From: an uncultured Anaerolineales bacterium
GTDB lineage: Bacteria; Chloroflexota; Anaerolineae; B4-G1; SLSP01
DNA: 64,000 bases
Direction: 5' to 3'
NCBI GenBank assembly: GCA_964508025.1
Contig: CAZDSF010000009.1
Coordinates: forward strand, 7,310-71,309
In this document: one piece after another, positions 27,701 through 37,127 of the stretch
Position numbering within the stretch: the first letter of the stretch is position 1
How the letters are laid out: every line of letters starts with the position of its first letter
The notes under the pieces: model-generated
Told to the model about the DNA's origin: nothing
The model's database searches: none
What the model saw: only the letters and a program-made list of their open reading frames with translations
Program-made: the position numbers and the translations under genes

Positions 27701-28552
27701 GAGCGCGAGTTCCTGGCGCAGAGCCTCACCAACACCACCCTCGATCGCCTGCCCGCCGAATCGCCGGGGCCACAGCTCACCTTGCTCGGCATGGTGCAGC
27801 GAATTCGGCGCATCACCACCAAGAAGGGCGACATGATGGCCTTCGTCACGCTGGAAGGGCCGGGCGGCGTCGCCGAAGTCACCGTCTTCCCGCGCACCTA
27901 CGAGCGCTGCCGCGAGCTGCTCACCGAAGGGCGCGTGCTCGTGGTCAGCGGCAAACTCGATGCGCGCCTAGACCGCGAGGATCATCCGCTGATGGCGGAC
28001 TGGTTCAAATTGCCGCAGGATCTCCTGCGACCGGATGAAAGCGCCCTTCCGCCGCTGCCGGAGGATTATAACCCCTTCGCGCGTGAAGTTCCGCCGCCGT
28101 ACACCACGCCCGCGCCACCGCAGACAGCGCGACCACCGGCGCCAGGGCCGCGGCCCCAACCCTCGGCAACTGTCGAAACAGCCGTCGCGGCCCCCAGCGT
28201 TGCATCACCGACCGCTCCAATCCACGCGCCCCGCGAGGCCCCCGTCTCGCTGCCGGCGCCGCCGGAGGAGCCGCCCGCGCCGCCCTCGACCCTGTGCATC
28301 ACCTTGCATCGCACCAATAATCACCACGAAGACTACCGCGTCCTGCAACGGGTCTACCAGGTGGTACAGGCGCAAGAGGGCGCAGATCGCTTTATCATCT
28401 ACCTGCAAAATGGCGAAACGACCAGGCCCAAACGCATCCAGCTCTCCTTCCCCAACGAGCATACCTGCATCACGCCCGCGCTATGTCGCCAGATAGAAGA
28501 GCTGGTTGGCCGCGCCAACGTGCGCATCCTGCTCGAAAACGCATTCGATTGA
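24773..28552 (+). CDS. dnaE: DNA polymerase III alpha subunit DnaE with an unusual Pro-rich linker and extra C-terminal domain
   Basis: PHP motif HLHTHTEYSLLDG, polymerase core and OB-fold. Beyond ~1050 aa there is a PAPP-rich linker, then ~95 aa (...CITLHRTNNHHEDYRVLQRVYQVVQ...ILLENAFD). Confidence 0.9.
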   Translation: MPDFVHLHTHTEYSLLDGLSSPKALAARAAELGMSALAITDHGVMYGVVDFYKACKAAGIKPIIGMEAYIAPDSRFSRDRNDGKAYHLILLAQNQQGYRNLLSLASLAQLEGFYYKPRIDKEALLQYGEGLIVLSACLQGEIPQLLLTGQAAQAREVARWYQEHFPGRFYLELQSHAIPEQERANAQLIALARELALPLVATNDIHYAREDQFEAHDVLLCIGTGKLVAEANRMRMSDNSYFMRSPQEMAQLYAHVPEALENTVRIAEQCDVEIAFAPPYHLPQFPVPAGFADSQAYLRHLCAQGMVRRYGKDATRPEYVERLEYELDIIHRMGFDDYFLIVWDLCRAAEQRDIWWNVRGSGAGSVVAYTLEITNVEPFKNRLFFERFLNPDRISMPDIDLDYPDDRRDELIAYTAERYGKDKVCGIITFGTLGARAAIRDVGRAQGIPLGEVDQVARLVPNVPGKPVSIAEALETIPELKALYTSTPYLRKLLDTAQQLEGVSRHASTHAAGVLVSDRPLTDYLPLNRPTKSDTEAYALDRVSQWAMDIVDAMGMLKVDFLGLRTLTHMRKTCELIYQEHGRKLDLNTIPYERAPDDPVKDADVKALYDLLTSGETTGVFQVEGAGMRRTLQEMRPFEFQHIIAAIALYRPGPMENIPTYIKRLHGEEAITYRHPILEKILDDTFSVLIYQEQIMQIAVEMAGYKPGQADEIRKAVAKKKKDLMEKHQRMFRAGAQAKGIPAEIADAVWGDIEFFARYGFNRAHATDYAVITGQTAYLKAHYPLEFMTALMTTERNNVEKLGFLIADARRTGLTVLGPNLNTSDVEFIIEHLPDGQRAIRCGLSAIKNVGEEAVRLIVETRKAGGAFKSLDDLAARVDLRKLNRRALECLIQAGALDDFGPRAALLTLLDTVMSASIRTHEAKEVGQFSLFGDLPGMSSGIQLPAHYPPISTRQMLEWEKELLGVYLSEHPLEQQEREFLAQSLTNTTLDRLPAESPGPQLTLLGMVQRIRRITTKKGDMMAFVTLEGPGGVAEVTVFPRTYERCRELLTEGRVLVVSGKLDARLDREDHPLMADWFKLPQDLLRPDESALPPLPEDYNPFAREVPPPYTTPAPPQTARPPAPGPRPQPSATVETAVAAPSVASPTAPIHAPREAPVSLPAPPEEPPAPPSTLCITLHRTNNHHEDYRVLQRVYQVVQAQEGADRFIIYLQNGETTRPKRIQLSFPNEHTCITPALCRQIEELVGRANVRILLENAFD

Positions 28553-28583
28553 CCCCGAACGCTTGAAGCAGCCCCAAAAAATC

Positions 28584-28612
28584 GTGCGCCGCGCTGGGTC
28601 AGCGCGGCGCAC
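28584..28612. terminator. Bidirectional hairpin terminator between dnaE and the LysM gene
   Basis: GTGCGCCGCGCTGGGTCAGCGCGGCGCAC, preceded by AAAAAA. Confidence 0.5.
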
Positions 28613-28632
28613 GGTTCTGAATTAAAGCCAGT

Positions 28633-30126
28633 TCAGCGGCGGCGTGAGATGAAGAAGAGCACGCCAATCCCAATCGCCAGCAGCAGCACGATGATCCCGC
28701 TCACCCGAATAATGGTATTCAGGGCGCCGCTCAATCCACTGGCGGCTTCGCGCGTGGGAGTGGAAGGCGGCGGCGTAGGTTGCGCCTCACTGCCCGCATC
28801 AGCCACACGGACGTAGCCCAGCTGCATCGCCGAGATCTGCCCACCGCCAAGCGGAATGCCCCACTCGCCAGGCCCTACAGGCTGATAGCCCGCCGGCGGC
28901 GTCTGCCGCAGCACGTAGTTGCCCGGTTGAAGATTCTGGAAGCAGTAAGGTTCGCTAATGCCATCGGTGGTATAGGAGCCGGCAGGCCCGGCAGTCCCTA
29001 CCAACGTGATGACGGCATTGGGCAGCAGCCCTTCGGATTCTGGCTGCTGGATGCCATCGGCGTTCCGGTCGTAGAAAGCGCTCACACACAAGCTCGCCAG
29101 ATCCCCGGCGGGCGGCGCCTGGGTAGGCGCGACCGGCGTTTCGCCCGGCGCAGGGGTGGGGACCTCCGCCGTGGGCATCGGGGTGGGCGTGGGCAGCGTG
29201 ATCGGCGCGCCAGAGATGATGATCTCCTGCCCAATGCTGAGCAGGTCATTGGGACCGAGCGACCCGGCGTTGAGCCGGCGCAGTTCATCCAGAGACACAT
29301 TGTAGCGCAGGGCGATGCCAAACAGCGTATCGCCGGCCTGCACGATATGCACCACGGCCCCATCAGGGCGCGGGGTAGAAGTAGCGCGCGGGGTCGGCGG
29401 CACTGCGGAGGTCGGCGGGGGCGGCGGCGGCGTGGCGGTGGGGGGTGTGGCGGGCTGGACGATTTCCAGAACCGCGTTATCCCACCAGGAATCCATGTGC
29501 GCAATGGGCAGCACCAACCGGAACTGGCTGGAGGTGAACACCGTCACCTGACCGCTCTGCCCCGCGGTCGCTTCGATGGAAAGCGTCTGCCAGCTATCGC
29601 GGACGTTGTTCTCGCCGCTCCAAATGACGCCAACATTCCACTGCCCACGCCCTTCAGGATCAATGCCGACCTGCATTCGCGGCGCCCAATCGGTGTACGA
29701 AGGGGCCGGCGGTTGTTCGTTCGCCGCGCGGGAGTAGCCCATCACAGTAAAGCGCACGCGCGAGCCGGGCGGCACGCTCACCGTTTGATAGACGCCTGCG
29801 TGCCAGGTGATGTACTGCGCCCCTACCTGCTGCGAAGGCGGACCCTGGGTCAACCCCAGGTTGTTGTAATCCATCTCCTGGCCCCAGTTGGGGCGGCAGA
29901 CAAAATCCCAGTCGGGCGGGCGCGTATCGCATTTCTCGCCGCTGTCTTCGTACCAGGGATTCCAGCCATTAGCCACGCCGTTGTTGTACGGCGCATCGAA
30001 ACCCGGATTGACCAGCAGGTTCTGCGCCTGCGCCGCTGCCGGGCGGCGCGCCGAACCGACATAGAGACCGCCCATGACCAGCGTCAGGACGGCAATAATT
30101 AAAACATAGCGTTTGATTTGCATCAC
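28633..30126 (-). CDS. Secreted/anchored LysM-domain protein with Pro/Thr-rich linkers
   Basis: N-terminal signal/TM, a beta-rich domain, a Pro-rich linker, LysM (VHIVQAGDTLFGIALRYNVSLDELRRLN), a second Pro-rich linker, a second domain, and a C-terminal TM + RRR. Confidence 0.7.
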   Translation of the reverse strand: MMQIKRYVLIIAVLTLVMGGLYVGSARRPAAAQAQNLLVNPGFDAPYNNGVANGWNPWYEDSGEKCDTRPPDWDFVCRPNWGQEMDYNNLGLTQGPPSQQVGAQYITWHAGVYQTVSVPPGSRVRFTVMGYSRAANEQPPAPSYTDWAPRMQVGIDPEGRGQWNVGVIWSGENNVRDSWQTLSIEATAGQSGQVTVFTSSQFRLVLPIAHMDSWWDNAVLEIVQPATPPTATPPPPPPTSAVPPTPRATSTPRPDGAVVHIVQAGDTLFGIALRYNVSLDELRRLNAGSLGPNDLLSIGQEIIISGAPITLPTPTPMPTAEVPTPAPGETPVAPTQAPPAGDLASLCVSAFYDRNADGIQQPESEGLLPNAVITLVGTAGPAGSYTTDGISEPYCFQNLQPGNYVLRQTPPAGYQPVGPGEWGIPLGGGQISAMQLGYVRVADAGSEAQPTPPPSTPTREAASGLSGALNTIIRVSGIIVLLLAIGIGVLFFISRRR

Positions 30127-30277
30127 ACTTCACATCCTTCATAAATTTACTAAGTGAACGCCTAGGCGTCATGATTCATACCACAGCGCCTGCACCGCCG
30201 TCGGATTGGAGCCCCCCAAGCCGATACTGATTAAGGATTGTAACATAACGCAAAAAGGCGTCAACTTGCACTCACAG

Positions 30278-30286
30278 TGGTATAAT
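30278..30286 (+). promoter_or_regulatory. Extended -10 promoter element TGgTATAAT upstream of the UbiA-family gene
   Basis: GTGGTATAAT lies 29 nt upstream of the ATG at 30315. Confidence 0.35.
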
Positions 30287-30314
30287 GAAGCCGACAATCA
30301 TGAGGCGGTCATCC

Positions 30315-31196
30315 ATGGCGCACAAAGCAAAAGATTTTCTGGAACTCATCAAGTTCGAACATACCCTTTTCGCGCTGCCTTTCGCCTATCTGGGGATGTT
30401 TCTGGCCGCGCGCGCTATCCCCAGAAGTTGGCCCACATGGAACGAATTTCTCTGGATCACCATCGCGATGGCTGCAGCGCGGACGTTGGCAATGGGCTTC
30501 AACCGACTGGTGGATCGCGTCCTCGATGCGCGCAATCCACGCACGGCCGCCCGCCCGCTGGCGACGGGGCGGGTGACGCGCGCGACGGCGGTGTGGGGAA
30601 CGGTGATCTCCGGCGCGGTCTTGATGATTGCCGCGTGGCGCCTGGGACCGCTGCCATTGCGGTTGTTGCCAGGCGCGCTGATATGCCTCCTGGGTTATTC
30701 CTACACCAAACGCTTCACCTGGATGTCGCATTTCATTCTGGGCTTCACGGATGGTCTGGCGCCGATGGGGGCGTGGGTCGCAGTGCGCGGCTCGTTGCTG
30801 GCATGGAACGATTGGCCCGCGTGGGCGCTGCTCGCAGCGGTAACGCTATGGATCGGCGGTTTCGATCTCATCTATGCCTGCCAGGATGTGGATTTCGACC
30901 GGGAAGCCGGGTTGCACGCCATTCCGGCGCGCTTCGGCATTGCGGCGGCGTTGCGATTGGCGCGCATCTGTCACGCAACCGTCGCCGCACTCTTGGGCGG
31001 CTTGGGCCTGGGCGTGGGATTGGGCTGGCCTTACTGGCTCGCCTGGAGCATCGTAACGGGATTGTTGATCTACGAGCACCGGCTGGTACAGCCCGATGAT
31101 CTCTCGCGTGTGGATGTGGCCTTCTTCAATGTGAACGGCTATATCAGCGTGACGTTGCTCGCGGGCGTGCTGGCGGCACTGCTAATCAAAGGATGA
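30315..31196 (+). CDS. UbiA-family aromatic prenyltransferase (4-hydroxybenzoate/DHNA polyprenyltransferase-like)
   Basis: FLELIKFEHTLFALPFAYLG start and Asp-rich-equivalent motifs within multiple TM helices. Confidence 0.75.
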   Translation: MAHKAKDFLELIKFEHTLFALPFAYLGMFLAARAIPRSWPTWNEFLWITIAMAAARTLAMGFNRLVDRVLDARNPRTAARPLATGRVTRATAVWGTVISGAVLMIAAWRLGPLPLRLLPGALICLLGYSYTKRFTWMSHFILGFTDGLAPMGAWVAVRGSLLAWNDWPAWALLAAVTLWIGGFDLIYACQDVDFDREAGLHAIPARFGIAAALRLARICHATVAALLGGLGLGVGLGWPYWLAWSIVTGLLIYEHRLVQPDDLSRVDVAFFNVNGYISVTLLAGVLAALLIKG

Positions 31197-31206
31197 AGAC
31201 GGAAGG

Positions 31207-32175
31207 ATGAAGGCATTGCGAGACCTGCGTCAGGCGTTGGGATATGGCATACTTGCAGTCATACTGATGACGATTCTTCTCTCATGCGCGCAACGCCAAG
31301 CAGCGCCGGCGCCGTTGCGCATCGGCGTGCTGCCGATCCTGGATGCCCTGCCGCTGTATGCAGCGGAGCGCGAGGGGTATTTTGCCGCAGCGGGCGTAGA
31401 GGTGACGCTGGTACCAGTGGCTTCAGCCGCAGAGCGCGATCAATTGCTGCAAGCCGGGCAATTGGATGGGGTCATCAACGATCTGGCGGCGCTGGCGTTG
31501 TACAACCGCGATGAACCCCGACTGGTGGGCGTGCGGTACGCGATGCAGGCGACTTCAACCGCGCCGCAGTTTCGCATCCTCGCGGCGGGTAATACCAGAA
31601 TCACGGCACCAGAGCAATTACGCGGGGTGCAAATCGGCGTTTCTCAGGGGACGGTGATCGAATACGTGACCGAGCGGCTGTTGGAGGCAGAAGGGCTGGC
31701 GCCGACGGAGATCGCGATACTGGCAGTGCCCAGGATTCCAGAGCGGCTGGCGCTGCTGGGCGCGGGCCAGCTCCAGGCGGCGACGCTGCCAGAGCCGCTG
31801 GCGACGCTTGCGATGCAACAAGGGGCGCGCACCATCCTCGATGATACACGCCATCCGCAATACAGTTGCAGCGTCTTTGCGTTCCGCCAGGAGATTATAA
31901 GCGCACAGCCAGAAGCCATCCGGGGATTTCTGATAGCGGTAGAACAGGCAGCGGCGCACATCAATGCGGATAAAATGCAGTGGGATGACGTACTGGTCGC
32001 GCAAAACCTCATCCCGCCCTCTTTGTTGGGGACCTATACGCTGCCGGATTATCCCGGCGCGGCGGTTCCCACACGCGAGCAATTCGAGGACGTCGTGCGC
32101 TGGCTGCGGGACAAGGAACTCCTCAACGTAGCCATCGAATATGTCAAGGTGATAGATGCCGGCTTCTTGCCTTGA
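31207..32175 (+). CDS. ABC-transporter substrate-binding lipoprotein, NMT1/SsuA/TauA-like family
   Basis: Lipobox LLSCAQ; LRIGVLPILDALPLYAAEREGYF...GQLDGVIND is typical of the NMT1/THI5-like SBP fold. Confidence 0.65.
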   Translation: MKALRDLRQALGYGILAVILMTILLSCAQRQAAPAPLRIGVLPILDALPLYAAEREGYFAAAGVEVTLVPVASAAERDQLLQAGQLDGVINDLAALALYNRDEPRLVGVRYAMQATSTAPQFRILAAGNTRITAPEQLRGVQIGVSQGTVIEYVTERLLEAEGLAPTEIAILAVPRIPERLALLGAGQLQAATLPEPLATLAMQQGARTILDDTRHPQYSCSVFAFRQEIISAQPEAIRGFLIAVEQAAAHINADKMQWDDVLVAQNLIPPSLLGTYTLPDYPGAAVPTREQFEDVVRWLRDKELLNVAIEYVKVIDAGFLP

Positions 32176-32189
32176 CCGAAAGAATGACA

Positions 32190-32286
32190 ATAGTTCGTAG
32201 AGCATCGTGAGCCGTGAGCCGTTCACCACGCGCAGACTGGGCTCTACTCACGGCTGACCCACTACTATTTCAGGGAGGTTACACAA
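32190..32286 (+). promoter_or_regulatory. Copy A of a recurrent structured 5' leader element (see findings)
   Basis: TAGTTCGTAGAGCATCGTGAGCCG...CTCTACTCACGGCTGACCCACTACTATTTCAGGGAGG, immediately before the ATG at 32287. Confidence 0.5.
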
Positions 32287-33885
32287 ATGAAACGCTATTC
32301 CATACTGCTATGGGCGTTGGCGCTGGCAAGCCTGATGTTAGCCGCCATCTATGCTGTGAGCCTGGCTTCGACATTGACGCCGCCGTATGTCGTTGCCATC
32401 CAGGACACGGGCGCCAACACGCATCCGTATCGGGTGGGCGTGGATTCCGCGCGCGGGTTGGCTTATGTGCTGGATCAGCAGGGCCAGATCTGGGTCTTTG
32501 CCGGCACGGAGATCACGGCCACACTCCCAGGCGGCAGCCCCAATTACGTCGCGGTGGCGCCGGGCGGCTACACCTATGTGACCCAACGCGACGGCGGTGC
32601 GGTGCGCGTGCTGGAGGGCAAAGCGCTGCGGGGTACGGTTTCGCTGGGCGGCAAAGTCTCCGGGGCGGCGGCGGTGCTCACCAGCACCCAGAACGTCTAC
32701 GTGGCGCTGCCCCAGGCGAACCAGGTGGCCGTGTTTCAGGGCTATGGCGCTGTGCCGGTCACATACATTGATGTGGGCGTCGAACCTTTCGCCCTGGCTA
32801 CTAACCCGACCACCGGGCGCGTCTACGTCGCCAACCTCCGGTCGCACAACGTCTCGGTGATCGAGGGGACATCCGTCATCGCCACGATTCCAGTCGGACA
32901 ATTCCCCGCTGCGGCGGCGGTGAACCCCATCAACGGTTACGTCTACGTCGCCAACAGCGGCAGCAACACTGTCAGTGTCATCCAGGGGCTTACGGTGATC
33001 CAGACCGTGAACGTTGGATATAATCCCGGCGACATCGCCGTGAACCCCGCCAACGGGCGCGTGTACGTAGTCAATAACGGCGACCCCGTCAACCCTGGCT
33101 CTTTGAGCGTGCTACAAGATGCGCAGGCTGCGCCCGTCGCTACGACGCAGGTGGGAAATGATCCACGCGCCGTGGACGTGAATCCGCGCAGCGGGTATAT
33201 CTATGTCGTCGGCGGGCGCGGGAATGTGGGGACCGTAGCCGTGCTGAGCGACACCCTGGTCATCGAGACATTCCTGCCGGTAGGGCACTCGCCAGAAGAT
33301 GTGGCGGTAGATCCGGTGAGCGATCTCGGCTACGCTTCGCTCTACAAATCAGCGGGGGGAGCCATGGGGCAGGTGGTCATCTTGGGCCGCTCCGAGGCTT
33401 CGGTGGCGCCGGTAGACCCCGTGACCGGCGCCACGCTCGCTTGTGAGGGGGTAGACGGGCGCCCTATCCAAATCGAAATCCCTGCCAACGCAGTCACGGA
33501 TACAGTAACGCTCCTCTGCGCCGGCTGGATGCCCGACACGCTCCCCACCCACCAATTCGCCGGCCAGGGATTCTTGCTCAAGGTGTACAAATTCGGCGTC
33601 CACCGTCCCGGTTATCAATTCCAGACGCCCATCACGGTGCGCGCCGCTTATCCCATCCCCCTGCCCGGCGACGTCGATGTTGCGGAACTGGAGCTGCGGG
33701 TCGGCGCTTCTGGCGGGGGCGTTTGGGGAACGACGGGCATCGTCTCGCAGCAAGTGCAATCCGCGCAACAACGCCTGATAGCGACCCTTTTGAGACTTCC
33801 AGAACGGTCACAGGATGGCTATGCGTTGGTGACGCCGGCAGGCAAGTTCATCTATCTGCCATTGGTGCTGAAGACCGCCAACTGA
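32287..33885 (+). CDS. Secreted YVTN-family beta-propeller repeat protein
   Basis: Signal/TM followed by repeated YVAN/YVVN blades (GRVYVANLRSHNVSVIEG, GYVYVANSGSNTVSVIQG, GRVYVVNNGD). Confidence 0.7.
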   Translation: MKRYSILLWALALASLMLAAIYAVSLASTLTPPYVVAIQDTGANTHPYRVGVDSARGLAYVLDQQGQIWVFAGTEITATLPGGSPNYVAVAPGGYTYVTQRDGGAVRVLEGKALRGTVSLGGKVSGAAAVLTSTQNVYVALPQANQVAVFQGYGAVPVTYIDVGVEPFALATNPTTGRVYVANLRSHNVSVIEGTSVIATIPVGQFPAAAAVNPINGYVYVANSGSNTVSVIQGLTVIQTVNVGYNPGDIAVNPANGRVYVVNNGDPVNPGSLSVLQDAQAAPVATTQVGNDPRAVDVNPRSGYIYVVGGRGNVGTVAVLSDTLVIETFLPVGHSPEDVAVDPVSDLGYASLYKSAGGAMGQVVILGRSEASVAPVDPVTGATLACEGVDGRPIQIEIPANAVTDTVTLLCAGWMPDTLPTHQFAGQGFLLKVYKFGVHRPGYQFQTPITVRAAYPIPLPGDVDVAELELRVGASGGGVWGTTGIVSQQVQSAQQRLIATLLRLPERSQDGYALVTPAGKFIYLPLVLKTAN

Positions 33886-33898
33886 GCCACAACAAAAA

Positions 33899-33934
33899 CC
33901 CTCTCTGCGGCGATGTGCTTTGCCGCAGAGAGGG
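33899..33934. terminator. Bidirectional hairpin terminator between the YVTN gene and asnS
   Basis: CCCTCTCTGCGGCGATGTGCTTTGCCGCAGAGAGGG followed by TCGTTTCTT. Confidence 0.55.
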
Positions 33935-33984
33935 TCGTTTCTTACGAGTGCGAGTCCCCAGCACCGCCTCCACGGGCTGGCGCG

Positions 33985-35325
33985 CTACGGGTAGACGCGC
34001 TTGAGCGTGCGCGGGAAGGGAATCGTCTCCCGAATGTGCTCGATGCCGCAAATCCAGGTGACGGTGCGTTCGACGCCCAAGCCAAAACCGCTGTGCGGCA
34101 CGCTTCCAAATTTGCGCAGCTCCATATACCACGTGAACGCCTCTTCGGGCAGCTTATCGCGGTGGATGTGCTCCAGCAACTTCTGCGGATCGGAGATACG
34201 CTCACTGCCGCCGATGATCTCCCCATACCCCTCCGGCGCGAGCAAATCCACGCTCTTGCAGACCTCTGGGCGTCCGGGCCACGGCTCCATGTAGAAGGCT
34301 TTGACGGCAGTGGGATAGCCGTAGACGAACACCGGTTTGTCGAAGCGCTTGGTGAGCTCGGTCTCGTGCGGAGAGCCGAAGTCGCCGCCCCATTCAATTG
34401 CCAGCTGCGCTTTGAGTTCGGGATTATCGGTCTCCGCGCGAATTTCAGCCAGCATCTCCAACGCCTGATCGTAAGAGATACGCGGGAAGGGCGGCGTAAT
34501 TCGCTCCAGGAAGGTCGTATCGCGGCCCAGGAAAGCCAGCTCCGCCGCGCGCTCGCGCAACGTCCGCTGAACGATGTGTGAGACGAATTGCTCCTCGATC
34601 TCCATCAGCTCGTCCAGATCACAAAAAGCGATTTCCGGCTCCACCATCCAGAACTCGGTGAGATGGCGGCGCGTCTTGGATTTCTCCGCGCGGAAGGTTG
34701 GCCCAAAACAGTAAACGCGGTTGAAGGCGAAGATATTGGCTTCGTTGTAGAGCTGCCCGGTCTGCGCCAGATACGTCGGCTCGCCGAAGTAATCCACCTC
34801 GAACAGCGTCGTCGTGCCCTCGCCGGCGGCAGGCGTGAGGATAGGCGTATCCATGTGGATGAAGCCGTTGTTGTTCAGCCACTCGTGGATGGCGTTGATG
34901 ACCGTGGCGCGCACGCGCAAAATGGCCCACTGGCTCTGTGTGCGGATCCAGAGGTGACGGTTGTCGAGCAGGAAATCCACGCCGTGCTCCTTGAGCGCGA
35001 TGGGATACTCGTCCGCCACGGCCTGCACCACCTCCAAGCCGGTCACGCCGACCTCGAAGCCGCCGGGAATGCCCGGCGCGCGCGGATCGGCGCGCACCAC
35101 ACCCGTGATGATGACGGAAGATTCCTGGGGAATATGCGCTGCCGTCTCGAAAACCTCGGCCGGCACATCCTTGCTGAAGACCACGCACTGGACAAAGCCA
35201 TACCCATCGCGCAGCAAGAGAAACACCAGCTTGCCCTTGTGGGTACGGTTGTACACCCAACCGCGAAGGGTCACTTCCTGTCCGACGTAATCTGCAATCT
35301 GTTCCACGCGAATGATGGGCGCCAT
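33985..35325 (-). CDS. asnS: Asparaginyl-tRNA synthetase
   Basis: Class IIb aaRS with [24 protein letters not shown] (AsnS-type motif 2) and an N-terminal OB anticodon-binding domain; RBS GGAGG before MAPIIRV. Confidence 0.85.
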   Translation of the reverse strand: MAPIIRVEQIADYVGQEVTLRGWVYNRTHKGKLVFLLLRDGYGFVQCVVFSKDVPAEVFETAAHIPQESSVIITGVVRADPRAPGIPGGFEVGVTGLEVVQAVADEYPIALKEHGVDFLLDNRHLWIRTQSQWAILRVRATVINAIHEWLNNNGFIHMDTPILTPAAGEGTTTLFEVDYFGEPTYLAQTGQLYNEANIFAFNRVYCFGPTFRAEKSKTRRHLTEFWMVEPEIAFCDLDELMEIEEQFVSHIVQRTLRERAAELAFLGRDTTFLERITPPFPRISYDQALEMLAEIRAETDNPELKAQLAIEWGGDFGSPHETELTKRFDKPVFVYGYPTAVKAFYMEPWPGRPEVCKSVDLLAPEGYGEIIGGSERISDPQKLLEHIHRDKLPEEAFTWYMELRKFGSVPHSGFGLGVERTVTWICGIEHIRETIPFPRTLKRVYP

Positions 35326-35420
35326 AGCCTTTCCCTCCTCTGAAAATCCTCTGAAAATAGTAATGGGTGAGCAGAGAGCCGTAAGTAGTGAGCAGGTTTT
35401 GCCAACCTCGACTGCTCTCT
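35326..35420 (-). promoter_or_regulatory. Copy B of the recurrent 5' leader element
   Basis: The reverse complement reads ...GTAGAGAGCAGAGAGCAG...CTCACTACTTACGGCTCTCTGCTCACCCATTACTATTTTCAGAGG..., directly upstream of the asnS start. Confidence 0.5.
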
Positions 35421-35460
35421 GCTCTCTACGCACTCTTTTCGGCTGTATCGCCGGGCACAC

Positions 35461-36114
35461 TCAGGCCGTTTCTACGACGCGGCGGCGCTGGAACAGCCGG
35501 CGCGCGAAGAAAGCCAGCACGCCCACGACGCCCACCACCAGCACAACCTTTTCGTAACGCCCAACCCATTCCAGCACCAGGGGCCAGTTCTGTCCCAAGA
35601 CAAAGCCCGCCAACGCCAACACGAAGCTCCACAGCGCGGTACCGATGGCAGTGTAGAGGGTGAAGCGTCCCATGTTCATCACGGCGATCCCGGCAGGCAC
35701 GGAAATCAGACTGCGCACGATGGGCACCATGCGCCCAAAGAAAATCACCAGCTCGCCGTAACGATTGAACCAGGCGAGCGCCGTGTCGAAATCGGCTTCT
35801 GAAAGCAAGAACCACTTGCCGAAGCGGCGCAACAACTCCCGCACCCGCTCTTCGCCGAACCAGTAACCGATTCCGTAGAAGACCATCGCGCCCGCCACCG
35901 AACCGATAGCGCCCACGAGGGTGATCCCCAGAAGCGTGAAGCCGCCGCGCTTTTCGGCTGCGAGCCAGCCCGCCATGGGCAAGACCGCTTCAGAGGGAAT
36001 GGGAGGGAAAACGTTCTCGATGAACATCACCAGGCCCAGCCCAACATAACCCAATGCCTCGATGATTCCCTGCACCCAGATCGCAATCTTGTCCAACAAA
36101 CCACTCAATCCCAT
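35461..36114 (-). CDS. DedA/SNARE-associated family membrane protein
   Basis: VMFIENVFPPIPSEAVLPMAGWLAAE signature with 4-5 TM helices. Confidence 0.8.
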   Translation of the reverse strand: MGLSGLLDKIAIWVQGIIEALGYVGLGLVMFIENVFPPIPSEAVLPMAGWLAAEKRGGFTLLGITLVGAIGSVAGAMVFYGIGYWFGEERVRELLRRFGKWFLLSEADFDTALAWFNRYGELVIFFGRMVPIVRSLISVPAGIAVMNMGRFTLYTAIGTALWSFVLALAGFVLGQNWPLVLEWVGRYEKVVLVVGVVGVLAFFARRLFQRRRVVETA

Positions 36115-36240
36115 AACTAAACTCCTTTGCGTATGACCGCTGAAAGCTTGGCGTATCGTAAAGCAATGACCGGATTATACCACGGATACAAGTGCGCTGG
36201 GCATTTCATGGCAAAACATTGTCACGACTTTACAAGATTG

Positions 36241-36250
36241 TGGTATACTT
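36241..36250 (+). promoter_or_regulatory. Extended -10 promoter TGgTATACT; a GTGGGTCT...AGACCCAC hairpin follows in the leader
   Basis: TTGTCA-N19-(TG)GTATACT. The hairpin GTGGGTCTCACCCAACCGCGAAAGACCCAC lies at 36279-36308. Confidence 0.35.
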
Positions 36251-36332
36251 ATTTCGTACTTATGCGGTGTTTTTCGCCGGTGGGTCTCACCCAACCGCGA
36301 AAGACCCACAAACTATGGTGAGGAAAGCACCC

Positions 36333-37124
36333 ATGTATGTCTTTGTGGTATCCGATGGCACAGGCATGACTGCCGAGCAGGTCGTTAACGCCGCGCTAAT
36401 GCAATTTGAAGGCGTCGAAGTGCAAACCATCCGGTACGCGGATGTTACCACTCCGGCGCAAGTACAGCAAGTGGTGCAAGATGCAGCAGCGCGCCACGCC
36501 TTGATCGTCCACACGCTGGTCTCCGATGAGCTGCGCGTGCTGATGCTCAATCAGGCGCGGGAGTATCATGTGGATGCCATGGATTTGATGGGGCCGATGC
36601 TGGATCGGCTCACGCTGGGATTGGGCAAGCCGCCCAAACAACAGCCGGGACTCTACGCCAAGCTCTCTGAAGAACGCAACCGGCGCATCGAGGCTGTGGA
36701 ATTCGCCCTGCGGCATGATGATGGACAACGCGCGGACGAGCTGCACAATGCGGAGATCGTGTTGGTGGGCGTATCGCGCACAATGAAAACCCCCATTTCC
36801 ATTTATCTGGCCTATCACGGGTGGTTCGTAGCCAATGTCCCGCTGATTGTCGGCATTGCGCCGCCGGCGTCTCTGCTGGCATTGCCGCGCGAAAAGGTAT
36901 TCGGGCTGACCATGGCCCCGGAGCGGCTGTTGGATTTGCGACGCACGCGGGCGCGGGCCACCGGATTGCCCGTGGGATCAACGTATGAATCCATTGCTGA
37001 TTTGACTGAGGAACTGCGCATGGCGCGAATGCTCTGCGCGGAACAGGGGTGGCGCACCATCAGCGTCACGGCGAAATCGGTTGAGGAAATCGCCAGTGAG
37101 ATCACGACACTGGTACGGAGGTAG
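36333..37124 (+). CDS. ppsR: PEP synthase / pyruvate phosphate dikinase regulatory protein (PpsR/PDRP, kinase-pyrophosphorylase)
   Basis: P-loop-like VLVGVSRTMKTPISIYLA together with YVFVVSDGTG (DUF299 family). Confidence 0.75.
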   Translation: MYVFVVSDGTGMTAEQVVNAALMQFEGVEVQTIRYADVTTPAQVQQVVQDAAARHALIVHTLVSDELRVLMLNQAREYHVDAMDLMGPMLDRLTLGLGKPPKQQPGLYAKLSEERNRRIEAVEFALRHDDGQRADELHNAEIVLVGVSRTMKTPISIYLAYHGWFVANVPLIVGIAPPASLLALPREKVFGLTMAPERLLDLRRTRARATGLPVGSTYESIADLTEELRMARMLCAEQGWRTISVTAKSVEEIASEITTLVRR

Positions 37125-37127
37125 CAC

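Noticed and set aside
35326-35420. T-box riboswitch upstream of asnS
   Set aside because: The leader is only ~95 nt and lacks the T-box/specifier architecture. The same element precedes non-aaRS genes.
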